Shown one piece after another: positions 13,491-23,543 of a DNA stretch of 64,000 nt. Every line of letters starts with the position of its first letter. The first letter of the stretch is position 1. Made by a program: the position numbers and the translations under genes. The notes below the pieces were generated by a model. That model did no database searches. It had not been told where the DNA came from and worked only from the letters and a program-made list of their open reading frames with translations. The stretch is taken from positions 2,290 through 66,289 of the forward strand of contig JAEUTI010000026.1 of the NCBI GenBank assembly GCA_016788065.1, read 5' to 3'. Origin of the DNA: Bacteroidia bacterium (GTDB taxonomy: Bacteria > Bacteroidota > Bacteroidia > AKYH767-A > OLB10).

Positions 13491-13494
13491 TGCG

Positions 13495-14721
13495 ATGAAA
13501 GCTGCCACATTGCACAAGTCACCGTTTAATCTAGCTGTAATTGCGGCGGGCCTGGGCTTTTTTGTAGATGCATTCGACCTGTTTCTATTCAGTATTTATC
13601 GAATTCCCAGTTTAACCGAACTTGGCTTAACAGGAGCCGCTCTCAAAGCTGAAGGTGAAAAATTATTGGCTGTTCAAATGCTTGGGATGATGATTGGTGG
13701 AATTCTTACAGGTATCATAGGTGATCGTAAAGGTCGGGTTGCGGTACTCTTCGGATCAATCTTGTTGTATTCGGCAGCTAATATTGCCAATGCTTTTGTT
13801 GGCGACACTACCAGCTATGCAATCATACGGTTTTTAGCCGGAGTGGGTTTGGCCGGGGAACTTGGAGCCGGAATAACGTTGGTAAGTGAATCTATGACCA
13901 TTGAAAGGCGTGGATACGGAACCATACTGGTTGCTACCATGGGTGCTGCCGGTGCGGTTTGTGCCGGACTTGCCGGAGATTTCCTGCCCTGGAGAACAGC
14001 TTTTTTTGTCGCCGGTGTTGCGGGTTTGTTGCTTTTGCTGCTGCGGATGAAGTCGATGGAAACAACAATGTTTAAACAAACGGAAAGCGTCAGCTCACAA
14101 CAAAAAGGGTCTTTTAAATATCTGTTTTCGGATCGGAAACGTGCACTAAAATATCTTGGATGCATATTGATGGGCGTTCCAATATGGTTTAGCGTGGGTT
14201 TACTGATTACACTATCTCCTGAATTGGCAAAAGATCATCAAATTGATGGCTGGGCATTAACAAAAGCATTTACTCTCTTTCAGATCGGAATTACTGTTGG
14301 TGATCTAAGCAGTGGAATTTTAAGCCAGCTGCTGAAGACTCGCAAAAAAGTAATTCTTGGATATATGTTAATGGCCATTGCGGCTACAGTTTATTTTTTC
14401 AGCGGATTTGAAAATTCAAACACGAATTACATTTCCTGTTTTTTGATGGGTCTCGGATGTGGTTATCTATCGGTGTTTGTAACTGCTACAGCTGAACATT
14501 TTGGAACGAACTTAAGAGTATTGGTATCAGCTACCGTAACCAATTTTATGCGGGGATCAGTAACCTTGCTGATTCCATTTCATTTGTGGCTTGAATCACA
14601 ATTTGAATTTTCACTTGCATTCAGTCTGATAATTACCGGAATACTAGTTTGGTCGCTTGCAATAACCAGTACAGTTTTGTTGAAGGAAACCTATGGCAAA
14701 GACCTGAATTATACAGAATAA
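13495..14721 (+). CDS. MFS transporter
   Basis: About 12 predicted TM helices. The loop 2-3 motif GDRKGR is present. Confidence 0.8.
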   Translation: MKAATLHKSPFNLAVIAAGLGFFVDAFDLFLFSIYRIPSLTELGLTGAALKAEGEKLLAVQMLGMMIGGILTGIIGDRKGRVAVLFGSILLYSAANIANAFVGDTTSYAIIRFLAGVGLAGELGAGITLVSESMTIERRGYGTILVATMGAAGAVCAGLAGDFLPWRTAFFVAGVAGLLLLLLRMKSMETTMFKQTESVSSQQKGSFKYLFSDRKRALKYLGCILMGVPIWFSVGLLITLSPELAKDHQIDGWALTKAFTLFQIGITVGDLSSGILSQLLKTRKKVILGYMLMAIAATVYFFSGFENSNTNYISCFLMGLGCGYLSVFVTATAEHFGTNLRVLVSATVTNFMRGSVTLLIPFHLWLESQFEFSLAFSLIITGILVWSLAITSTVLLKETYGKDLNYTE

Positions 14722-14723
14722 AG

Positions 14724-15365
14724 TTATTTGGATTTTACATATTCAAATTCTCCAAATTCTTCCCCCTTTAATACCGGATTTGAACCTTTTAACCTGTTAT
14801 CAGACAAGTTCAAAGTGAATTGTTCGAACCATACATCCATAATTTTGGGATTGAAATTGAATTCGAAATAGTTGTCTCCCGGATGTTCCGGTTCAAAAGT
14901 GTGGATCATTTCCGGACAAAGCTCAAAAAGTAATTCTATTTTTTCAGGATTCCCAAATTTGAAAACGGTTTCGCCTTCATTAGTCATTTTCTGAAAGTCG
15001 GTGGTATTGGCTCCGGAAATTAATCTTGCATACACAAAAGATGACATCATTGTATTAGGATCTTTCACAGCAACTACTTTATCGGGTGTACCATTCTTTC
15101 GGCTGGCAACCATGATGAATCCCTTATCCCTTTTTCCGTTACTGTTAAAAATTATCTGTTCACCGTTTTGTTGCCACGTGCCACTGCCTGTGCGGTCGAG
15201 TGCTCCCTGTGAAAAGAAAAACTCAAATGTATGGTCATCATTGAGTTTGAATCCCGAAGCTGTTTCCATAACATTTTCGAGATAATAGATTCCTGCAGCA
15301 GACGGCTTTTGTCCCATACAAATAGTTGAAATTAGAATGGTTATAGTTATCAGAATTAATCTCAT
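14724..15365 (-). CDS. hypothetical secreted protein
   Basis: Signal peptide MRLILITITILISTICMGQ. I recognise no other motif. Confidence 0.4.
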   Translation of the reverse strand: MRLILITITILISTICMGQKPSAAGIYYLENVMETASGFKLNDDHTFEFFFSQGALDRTGSGTWQQNGEQIIFNSNGKRDKGFIMVASRKNGTPDKVVAVKDPNTMMSSFVYARLISGANTTDFQKMTNEGETVFKFGNPEKIELLFELCPEMIHTFEPEHPGDNYFEFNFNPKIMDVWFEQFTLNLSDNRLKGSNPVLKGEEFGEFEYVKSK

Positions 15366-15428
15366 GGAAAATTAGTATTGAAGTTGCTTTACTTTTTTTG
15401 AATTACCTGATGTAAATATATCAAATAT

Positions 15429-16565
15429 TTATTTTTGTGAATACTCTTCTCTTAATTCTGTAAAAGGCTTTTCATAGTATTTGTAAAGCAAGGTTGAAAA
15501 TCCAATGACAGCTACCCAATAAACTCCATATGCAATCCAGGCACTTGTAGCATCTGCTGGCGGGAAGTTATCGCGAATAACTTCAGCTACCAGCGCCAGA
15601 TTAATGAGATACATGGAATAGGAAATCAGGCTGATGTGGGTAAAAATGCGGGTGGCTAGTACAGGGCCTTTTTTCATGCTTTCGAAAAGAGGTAGTAAAA
15701 GCATACAACCAATACTTTGAATCAAAAGCTTGAAAACCTTGGTTGAAAAATCATTTGGTTCCCAATTTGCATATAAAACGTAATAACACAAAATTACACC
15801 GGCAACAAAAGCGATTTTACGAAATTTGAACCAGATGTCGTAATGCCAGTAATGAATGAATGCCGCGAGTAATCCTAGTGCAATTCCATCAAGCCGGAAA
15901 ATTACTACTTTAAAGATTTTAACGGAAACCCAGAAGGCATCTACTTCTATTTTGGATGCAATGAATAATCTTAAAAGAAATGGTACTAACAGAAATATAG
16001 CAATTGCAGTCAGGAATAAATACTTTTTACTGACCTGAAATTGTTTCATTGCCAAAAAGACTATTCCAAGTATAACCGGAAAGAAAATATAAAACCATTC
16101 CTCAATACTCAAACTCCACGATTCCCAAAAGAAACCAACAAAATGTTGCGAGAAGTTTTGAAGGAAGAACAAAAATTTCCAGTTAAACTGCATAAAATCT
16201 TCTTTAATAATTCCTGTATAAACAAAAATTACATTGAGCAACAAAACCAGATAATAGGCAGGTAAAGTTCTGAACCATCTTCTGATCCAAAAGTTTTTAA
16301 TTGTTTTAAAATTATAATCAGCAGTGTTTTCAAAAGTTTTGATCAGAATGCCTCCAATTAAGAATCCACTGAGCACGAAAAATAGTTCCACACCATCAAT
16401 CAATTTGATCCAAGGGAAACCGGTTTCTGCTTTTTCCAGCATTAATGCATGACCGTTTACGACAAAAATAATTGCCAATGCGCGCATCAGATCCAAACCA
16501 AAAACTCTTTGAGAGTAATCGGGGTTCAGTCGAAAAATGGAAAAGATTGGTCCAAAAGGTGACAT
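15429..16565 (-). CDS. acyltransferase family 3 membrane protein
   Basis: Polytopic membrane protein. The N-terminal FGLDLMRALAIIFVVNGH pattern is typical of acyltransferase_3. Start moved from TTG 16580 to ATG 16565. Confidence 0.7.
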   Translation of the reverse strand: MSPFGPIFSIFRLNPDYSQRVFGLDLMRALAIIFVVNGHALMLEKAETGFPWIKLIDGVELFFVLSGFLIGGILIKTFENTADYNFKTIKNFWIRRWFRTLPAYYLVLLLNVIFVYTGIIKEDFMQFNWKFLFFLQNFSQHFVGFFWESWSLSIEEWFYIFFPVILGIVFLAMKQFQVSKKYLFLTAIAIFLLVPFLLRLFIASKIEVDAFWVSVKIFKVVIFRLDGIALGLLAAFIHYWHYDIWFKFRKIAFVAGVILCYYVLYANWEPNDFSTKVFKLLIQSIGCMLLLPLFESMKKGPVLATRIFTHISLISYSMYLINLALVAEVIRDNFPPADATSAWIAYGVYWVAVIGFSTLLYKYYEKPFTELREEYSQK

Positions 16566-16666
16566 TTTCAGTTGCTGCAAGCTATTGGCTTCATCCTGTT
16601 TTCAGGAATAAATTGCAGGTGGCAAAAGTAACAAAATAATGATATTTGGGAAAGTTCGGTACCTGA

Positions 16667-17725
16667 CTACCAATCCAGTTCAAGTTGCAATCCGGTTCCG
16701 GGTCTTTTGAATAGCGAATAATCGTATTCCGGGAAGGAGCGGCCATCTAAATGTTTCTTAACAGACAACTTAAAAAGCTGGCGGATGGATTCCGCAATAT
16801 GACCTTCACCACGCATCCTCATGCCAAAACGATTATCATTCACCTGGCCACCGTGGCACTCCTTGATTTGGTTCCAGATTTTGTCGGCAGCATCCGGAAA
16901 GCTTTTAAAGAGCCAATCATGAAAAATATCTTTTACAGAACCATTCAAACGAACCATGGTAAATCCTGCTGCAAGTGCTCCGGCATCGGCAGCAGCCTGA
17001 ATGAGATCAGGAATTTCATCACTGTTTAGTCCGGGAATTATAGGTGCTGTCATCACACCGGCAGGGATTCCATTTTCTGTGAGATGCTTGATCACTCCCA
17101 GACGGTTTTTGGTAGTTGCAGTCCGGGGTTCCATCAATAAGCGTAAGTCTTCACGCATACTAGTTATAGATACCATTACATGTACGAGATTGTTCTCTGC
17201 CAGTTCAGAAAGAATATCAATGTCTCGTAGAATTAGACTGTTCTTGGTGATGATGCCTACCGGATGTTTGAATTCTAAAAATACTTTCAAAAGGCTTCTG
17301 GTGATTTCCATCTTCCGCTCCAGCGGTTGATAACAGTCGGTGTTTCCGGAGAGACTTATTCGGGATGGCTTGTAGTTTTTATTTTGAAATGCTTTGCGTA
17401 ATAATTCCGGTGCAGCGGGCTTTGCAATCAGTTTTTGTTCGAAATCGATGCCGGCGCTATATCCCCAATATTGATGAACATTTCTGGCATAACAATAAAC
17501 ACATCCATGCTCACAACCTTGATACGGATTTAGTGAGAAATCGAAAGGTAAATCGGGACTCTCCGTTTTGTTGAGAATGGTTTTGGGGTGCTCCAGAAAT
17601 ACTTCAGTTTTGCCATCCAGATCAGGAAGCTCATCGATGCCTTCAAAATGCTCCAATACCCGCTCACGGGTTTCGAATCTGTTTTTCGTATTTATTTGAG
17701 CGCCACGGCCTTTAATGTATTCCAT
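16667..17725 (-). CDS. PA0069-family radical SAM protein
   Basis: CEHGCVYCYARN (CxxxCxxC cluster), an N-terminal GRGAQ.N..NRF motif, and DCYQPLER. Confidence 0.85.
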   Translation of the reverse strand: MEYIKGRGAQINTKNRFETRERVLEHFEGIDELPDLDGKTEVFLEHPKTILNKTESPDLPFDFSLNPYQGCEHGCVYCYARNVHQYWGYSAGIDFEQKLIAKPAAPELLRKAFQNKNYKPSRISLSGNTDCYQPLERKMEITRSLLKVFLEFKHPVGIITKNSLILRDIDILSELAENNLVHVMVSITSMREDLRLLMEPRTATTKNRLGVIKHLTENGIPAGVMTAPIIPGLNSDEIPDLIQAAADAGALAAGFTMVRLNGSVKDIFHDWLFKSFPDAADKIWNQIKECHGGQVNDNRFGMRMRGEGHIAESIRQLFKLSVKKHLDGRSFPEYDYSLFKRPGTGLQLELDW

Positions 17726-17812
17726 CAGAATGATTGTAATCCTGTCACACAGTAGGTTCTAAAGATAACAATATCTGAAATAAAAGAAAGGAGAAAAATA
17801 ATTTTTAATCAT

Positions 17813-17846
17813 AAAAAAAGGCTGTCGAAAATTCAACAGCCTTTTT
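17813..17846 (-). terminator. rho-independent (bidirectional-type) terminator after the ompA-family gene
   Basis: GGCTGT-N10-ACAGCC stem at 17820-17841, flanked by an A7 run (17813-17819) and a T5 run (17842-17846). Confidence 0.55.
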
Positions 17847-17863
17847 CATTCAAGCGTTAATTA

Positions 17864-19321
17864 TTAATATTCGGTTTTGAGTTCTACTCTTCTGTTTTTG
17901 GCTCTGCCATCTGCTTTTGCATTGTCGGCAATTGGTTTGCTTTCTCCAAATCCGGTAGCAGTTAAACGTGATTCCATAATTCCTTTACCCATGAGATAAG
18001 TTTTTACAGATTCCGTTCTTTTTTGTGAAAGAGTCATGTTATATGCATCTTCACCTTGGCTATCAGTATGTCCTTCAATTATTAATTTAGCGGCATCGTA
18101 TTTTTTCAGAATGGTTGCTAATTCATCTAACTGAACTGTTGATGCAACTTTTAATTTATCACTATTTAGTTCAAAAAATATTTTACTCGCAATTTGAGTG
18201 ATTTTTTTCACATCTTCTTTAGTAATTTCAGGACAACCTTTATTTGCTATATTTCCTTTTACGGTAGGGCAACGATCCTCATTATCTGCAACACCATCTC
18301 CATCAGTATCAGGACAACCTTTCATTGCAAGGTTACCTGCGAGATCCGGACATAAATCATCTTCATTAAGAATGCCATCTTTATCACTATCCATAGGACA
18401 TCCAGTTGCATCTACTTTGTACTTTGGATCAGTCCCTGCACATTTATCGTCAAGATCTGTGATGCCATCTTTATCTGTATCAGGACAACCTTTTAAAGTT
18501 GACAGTCCGGCAACATCAGGACAACTGTCTTCCTTGTCAGCTATTCCATCTCCATCAGTATCAGGGCAGCCTAATAAAGCAACTGTTCCTGCAATATCCG
18601 GACATGCATCCTGATAGTTTGCAACTCCATCTTTATCGGTATCAACCGGACATCCTTTTTTATCAACTTCTACACCTGGAGGAGTGTCTGCGCATTTATC
18701 ATTTCTGTCAGCAACACCATCTTTATCAGCATCTTTTTTTGATCCTGCATTAAAAGTTAAACCAACGGTGTGCATCAAAAATGCATCATTCGTATTTTCT
18801 TCTACCCCATCTTTATTATCATTGGTAGAATAAAGGAAAAGTTCCTGAATATTCAACATGACATTTGGACTCAGCTGAACATTAAATCCTGCACCTGCTG
18901 ATGGTACCGAATAATCGATTTTGCTTTTATCCTGTACTGTGGGATTTTCTGCAAAAAGCATCGCACCCGCTCCGGCTAAAATGTATGGGCGGAATTTGTA
19001 TTGGGGACCTAATATATTAAAACGTAAGTTCAGAGTTACAGTCGAGAATCCTGTGCGGAAGCTGACTGTATCGTTTCTGTGACCAACTTCTCCTTTTGTA
19101 AATAAAAGATTTAAATCTACGTGACTTCCTAAATAGCGCGAAAATGAAATTCCGCCAAAACCATAAAATGGAAGATCAGTTTTGTAAAACCCGTTTCCCA
19201 GATCACCGTTGTATTGTTGTGCACCCCCATGGAATCCTACATTCCATTTTTTGTCGATTGTTTGACCGGTTACAAACAACGAAGATGTAACCATGATGAA
19301 TAATAGTAGTAATTTTTTCAT
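17864..19321 (-). CDS. OmpA-family protein with thrombospondin type 3 (Ca-binding) repeats
   Basis: N-terminal barrel, about seven D.D.DG(V/I).D..D.CP repeats, and a C-terminal OmpA_C peptidoglycan-binding domain (IEGHTDSQG..YN..LSQKR). Confidence 0.85.
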   Translation of the reverse strand: MKKLLLLFIMVTSSLFVTGQTIDKKWNVGFHGGAQQYNGDLGNGFYKTDLPFYGFGGISFSRYLGSHVDLNLLFTKGEVGHRNDTVSFRTGFSTVTLNLRFNILGPQYKFRPYILAGAGAMLFAENPTVQDKSKIDYSVPSAGAGFNVQLSPNVMLNIQELFLYSTNDNKDGVEENTNDAFLMHTVGLTFNAGSKKDADKDGVADRNDKCADTPPGVEVDKKGCPVDTDKDGVANYQDACPDIAGTVALLGCPDTDGDGIADKEDSCPDVAGLSTLKGCPDTDKDGITDLDDKCAGTDPKYKVDATGCPMDSDKDGILNEDDLCPDLAGNLAMKGCPDTDGDGVADNEDRCPTVKGNIANKGCPEITKEDVKKITQIASKIFFELNSDKLKVASTVQLDELATILKKYDAAKLIIEGHTDSQGEDAYNMTLSQKRTESVKTYLMGKGIMESRLTATGFGESKPIADNAKADGRAKNRRVELKTEY

Positions 19322-19571
19322 AAGTAATAATTTTGATCAATTGTTGTGTTAATGGTATTTAACCATGACAGATTATCATGTTGAGATCATGGAGGGAATA
19401 ATCGTGCCACTTGATTCAAAGCATGTGGGGTGTGACTAAACACAATTAGTCGGGTAATTTTTCCCCAACAAGAGATTTAAAATACCAACATGGGAAATAT
19501 TGCCTGATCGCTCAGGAGAAAATTCATTGAAAAATTGTAACGTACTTCTCTTTGAAGACTAAAAATCGATC

Positions 19572-20990
19572 CTACTGAATTACTATTCTACTTTGATTTT
19601 CTATTCCGTCAGCAGCAATGGTTATGAAATATATTCCGGGAGCAATATCGGTTAAATCTGTTTTCGTTTCATTTAATCCGGAAGCCGCTTGATATACATT
19701 GTTAATTAGCACGCGACCACAGATATCTGAAAGTTGCATTGTCACATTTAATTGTTTTTGCAAATACAACTGAACAGTGATGAGTTCGGTTGCAGGGTTC
19801 GGATAAATTGCCTGTACACTAAATGGTTGTTCATCCTGTAATCCAATAGTTGTTCCGGTTGTGAAAGAAAATTTGACTGAATAAAAGCCCTGTACACTAC
19901 CATTTGCACTTCGAACTCGCCAGTAGTAAACTGCATTCGGATTCAACCCTGTAACTTGTTGGCTGGTTGCTGTGAGCCCGGAAACATTATAAATCATGGA
20001 TGCCGTAGTAAATGTGCTGCTGGTAGAAACCTGCAGTGTGTAACTATCTGCGCCCGGTACCGGAGTCCAGCTAAATACTGGATTCAATGGAATGCCAGTT
20101 GCTGTATCTGCCGGATAGGTTAACGTTGCAGCAGCTGTCGCAGATGTGAAATTGTAAACATTGGAAGGTATACTTTCATGACCACCATTATTCGATTTTA
20201 CTCTCCAGAAATAATTGGTAAATCCTCCTAAGTTGGTGATGATAGCACTATTGGTTCCTGCATTCCTTGAGATGTCGATGGTAGAAAATGCAGGGTCGGT
20301 ACTAAGTTCAATAGTGTACATGACAGCTCCCGGAACAGCACTCCACACAAACGATTGTGTATTTAAAACTCCGGTAGCTCCATCAGCAGGTGCAGTTAAT
20401 GTTGGTGCATCAGGTATGCTATCATTCACGCCGGTGTAGGAAACAAACATATCTATTTTTTGCAACGGCACATCATTAGCATCACGAGGTGATAAAACAA
20501 TGGAGTCAACAATGTTCAATCCTGATGTTACTTGTCCGAATACCGTATAATTCCCATCTAGAAAAGTTGAATTGGCAACACAGATATAAAATTGAGAGTT
20601 TGCGCTATTCGGATCGTTATCGCGTGCTGCACCAATGATTCCCCGAAGGTGTCGAACCACATTAAATTCCGCCGGTACTGTTGGTTGCCAGGGTTGTCCC
20701 TGACCCCATGTAGAAATAGGGCCACTAATGGTGTTTGGATCTCCACCCTGAATAACAAATCCAGGAACCACTCTGTGAAATGCGGTGCTGTCGAAAAATT
20801 GTTCACTGGTGAGACTGTCGAACATATGCACATGTAATGGTGCAATGAGTGGAAACAACTCTATATTAATGGTGCCGAGATAATTTCCCGCACGACGGGT
20901 AATAATTTCATATTGTGGTTTGTCGATTCCTTGTGCCTGAAGGTCGATAACAGAAAACGCAACGAGAATAAACAGTATAAATCTTTTCAT
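19572..20990 (-). CDS. secreted cyclophilin-type peptidyl-prolyl isomerase with two Fn3-like domains and a T9SS type A C-terminal domain
   Basis: Cyclophilin motifs FHRVVPGFVIQGGD and NSQFYI plus a signal peptide. The C-terminus is IYPNPATELITVQL...GIYFITI. Start at ATG 20990 (MKRF...). Confidence 0.85.
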   Translation of the reverse strand: MKRFILFILVAFSVIDLQAQGIDKPQYEIITRRAGNYLGTINIELFPLIAPLHVHMFDSLTSEQFFDSTAFHRVVPGFVIQGGDPNTISGPISTWGQGQPWQPTVPAEFNVVRHLRGIIGAARDNDPNSANSQFYICVANSTFLDGNYTVFGQVTSGLNIVDSIVLSPRDANDVPLQKIDMFVSYTGVNDSIPDAPTLTAPADGATGVLNTQSFVWSAVPGAVMYTIELSTDPAFSTIDISRNAGTNSAIITNLGGFTNYFWRVKSNNGGHESIPSNVYNFTSATAAATLTYPADTATGIPLNPVFSWTPVPGADSYTLQVSTSSTFTTASMIYNVSGLTATSQQVTGLNPNAVYYWRVRSANGSVQGFYSVKFSFTTGTTIGLQDEQPFSVQAIYPNPATELITVQLYLQKQLNVTMQLSDICGRVLINNVYQAASGLNETKTDLTDIAPGIYFITIAADGIENQSRIVIQ

Positions 20991-21196
20991 GGACATCACT
21001 TTTTAAATTAAGCTTCTAAAATTAGGTAAAAGATTCAGAATGGTCAATTGTAGTTTGATAATTTGCTCATCCTGAGACCTGAAAGATCATCTTCTACAAA
21101 AACACGGTTTAATAAAGTCTTTGGTGAAATGATTTTTGTCATGGATTGATTTTTGTCTTTCTGTATCTTTACTACCACATTATTAAAGCATAAAAT

Positions 21197-21580
21197 ATGA
21201 GTCAGCGCAAGATATTTATAGTTGAGGAAGATCTTCGGTTTGCAGATAAACTAAAAGCCTTTTTAAAGGAACGTCCCCAATGGGAAGTAAGCTGGTTTGC
21301 CACAGGTGAAGAGGCTATCCAGTCAGCACATCGTGACCCGCATGTCGTTATTATCGATTACCATCTGGATCAGTTAAAAGGTCAGGGATTGAATGGGATC
21401 GATACCATGAAAGAGATCCGGAAGATAGCGCCCGAAGCACATTGCTGGTTTCTATCGGGTCAGAAGCACTATGGTGTGGCTTTGCAAACAATTTCGGAAG
21501 GTGCTGAAGGTTATATTATTAAGGATGAAAATGCACTGGTGGAAATCGGAAAAATACTGGATGAACTGGTGGAAATGTAG
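21197..21580 (+). CDS. single-domain response regulator (receiver only)
   Basis: IFIVEED, the phospho-acceptor context VVIIDYHL, FLSG, and the conserved Lys in YIIKD. Confidence 0.8.
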   Translation: MSQRKIFIVEEDLRFADKLKAFLKERPQWEVSWFATGEEAIQSAHRDPHVVIIDYHLDQLKGQGLNGIDTMKEIRKIAPEAHCWFLSGQKHYGVALQTISEGAEGYIIKDENALVEIGKILDELVEM

Positions 21581-21692
21581 CGCAGACTTATTCGCATTCA
21601 CCCGTTAATAAGTAACAGAATCCTACCCGGGATGAATTGGTATTTGTCTATATTTTTACATCCATCAGGCATTATAAAGCCCATTTTAATCT

Positions 21693-21902
21693 ATGGAAAT
21701 ACCGGTACAACAATTGGCTCCGTTGCTGAAGAGTAGGCGTAAGGATTTGAAAATCAAACAAGAGGATCTATCTGAGACCACAGGAGTTGCCTTACGGACC
21801 ATTCGGGATTTAGAAAAGGGATTAGGAAATCCGTCGCTACATACCCTGGAAAAAGTCATGCAGGTTTTAGGGATTGAACTTATTTTCAGACTTCGCAAAT
21901 GA
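21693..21902 (+). CDS. XRE-family helix-turn-helix protein (HipB-like antitoxin candidate)
   Basis: 69 aa with the HTH_XRE pattern (LKSRRKDLKIKQEDLSETTGVALRTIRDLEKG). Its stop overlaps the next ATG (ATGA at 21899-21902). Confidence 0.8.
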   Translation: MEIPVQQLAPLLKSRRKDLKIKQEDLSETTGVALRTIRDLEKGLGNPSLHTLEKVMQVLGIELIFRLRK

Positions 21903-22882
21903 ACCGTACTTTATACAATACGCCGCGTTGTCCGGGTTCTTTAAAAGATGGTTTCAACTCTTATAATCCGGGTACTTTACGAACCTTGTTCGACAGCCGG
22001 AAAGTTTTTCATGTTATTGAGGGGAATTCCGACACAGTATCCTGGCAGAAAGCAAGAATCGATGGTGAGCAATTTGGCGGACAACAATGGTATCGGGTAG
22101 CACTAAATAAAAATAAACCGGAACCGCATCCTGCAGGAAATTATATTTTAAAAATTGTTCCGGATGATACTGATTCGGTGAAGTTTCCATTTGAGCAGGC
22201 AGGCAATGAACATTTTTGTCTGCAACTTGCCAAACAGGTTTATGGAATTGATACCGTTCCCAATGCGATGATATTTTTTGAAAACGGACAACCCGCAATA
22301 ATTGCCCGTTATTCTGATAATTTTCCGTTTCCGGAAGATGAAATAATTGATTTCAGTCAATTGATTAATCAGAATGAAACGCAACCGTTTATTGATAAAG
22401 AAAAATTTTCTTATTTTGATCTGGTTACTGTAATCAACGAAAATGTAGCAGCCTCATTGATTGGAAAGGAAAGATTTTTTACTAATATTTTATTCAGCTG
22501 GCTGGTTGCTAACGGCCATGCATATATGAAAAATATCAGACTTCGGAAAACTTCTTTAGGAGACTATACCTTTTTTCCATTAGCAGATATTTTATGTACT
22601 CGTGTTCATGCAATAGGGCCTGAAATTGCCGCTCCCGGTGGATTGTATCAGGGAGATAAAAATACTCCGGAGTTTCGGGAATATGGTCACTACACACGAA
22701 ATGAGTTTACCAATTTTGCCTTGCGATTGGGAATAAACCGAAAGCGATCCGATAAAATTATGGATCATTTGGTAGCAGGAAGAAATGAAGCAGGTAAATT
22801 ACTCGATCAGGCATTTGTTCCTGAAGAAGTGAAAAATATTATTCGCTATTATTTTAATGAAAGACTGATGCGTTTGAAGTAG
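21899..22882 (+). CDS. HipA-like protein with non-canonical catalytic residues
   Basis: Collinear with short Bacteroidota HipA proteins (NYILK..., GIDTVPNAMIFFENGQPAIIARYSD, FSWLVANGHAYMKNIRL, FPLADIL). The catalytic-loop Asp is replaced by His. Confidence 0.7.
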   Translation: MNRTLYNTPRCPGSLKDGFNSYNPGTLRTLFDSRKVFHVIEGNSDTVSWQKARIDGEQFGGQQWYRVALNKNKPEPHPAGNYILKIVPDDTDSVKFPFEQAGNEHFCLQLAKQVYGIDTVPNAMIFFENGQPAIIARYSDNFPFPEDEIIDFSQLINQNETQPFIDKEKFSYFDLVTVINENVAASLIGKERFFTNILFSWLVANGHAYMKNIRLRKTSLGDYTFFPLADILCTRVHAIGPEIAAPGGLYQGDKNTPEFREYGHYTRNEFTNFALRLGINRKRSDKIMDHLVAGRNEAGKLLDQAFVPEEVKNIIRYYFNERLMRLK

Positions 22883-22908
22883 CAGCAGTTTTAAGCAGGG
22901 AGGAATTA

Positions 22909-23313
22909 CTATTTAAGCCAGGCTTTGGCATCATTCACATCAACAAAATACTTCGTTTCAAAATTAATCACCGGTTGGGCTGTTGAAATAATTTTTTTGA
23001 CTGAAGTGTTGTTGAAATAATCAAGTGATGTTACAATTGCCATTTTTTGAATTCCGGTTGCAGCAATTTTCGGAAACCATACATTCGCTGCCCATTCTTC
23101 ATCGGCAGGTAATATAGCTTCCATATTTTTTAAGTTAGCTAACCAGAATTTTGCATTGTGCTCAATCACTGCTTCGAGAGCAACATTAAGCCCTTCCCGA
23201 AACTGATCTGAAGTTGCAAATTTCTTCCATTTTAACTTCACCAGATGTTGATCGGGATTTACATAAATGGTTAAAAAATCCTGATCAAATAAAATATCAT
23301 TTGCTGTCATCAC
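22909..23313 (-). CDS. hypothetical protein
   Basis: 134-aa ORF with no signal peptide. I cannot name a family confidently. Confidence 0.4.
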   Translation of the reverse strand: MMTANDILFDQDFLTIYVNPDQHLVKLKWKKFATSDQFREGLNVALEAVIEHNAKFWLANLKNMEAILPADEEWAANVWFPKIAATGIQKMAIVTSLDYFNNTSVKKIISTAQPVINFETKYFVDVNDAKAWLK

Positions 23314-23519
23314 GATACAAAAGTAATGTAGTTTTCAGATGTTTTTTGTCCGATTTGGTAAAGATAAACTACAATTTTGTGTATTGGTCTTTTTTATGGG
23401 TAAATAGATTACCTGACTCGGTGGCCGAATTTTAATTGCATGGAATTTTGTAGTAAAACAGCTACATTTGAGCCGTTGCACATGCTGCTATTCCTGTTTT
23501 CGCTTTCCTTTCAAGGTGC

Positions 23520-23527
23520 TACCTTTG
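23520..23527 (+). promoter_or_regulatory. Bacteroidota -7 promoter box (TACCTTTG)
   Basis: TAnnTTTG match 17 nt upstream of the gltX ATG. Confidence 0.45.
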
Positions 23528-23543
23528 CAACTCAAACAAAATC

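Noticed and set aside
18198-18614. 138-aa + strand ORF
   Set aside because: It is antisense to the thrombospondin-type-3 repeat region of the OmpA-family gene. The periodic codon structure of the repeats keeps the opposite strand open.
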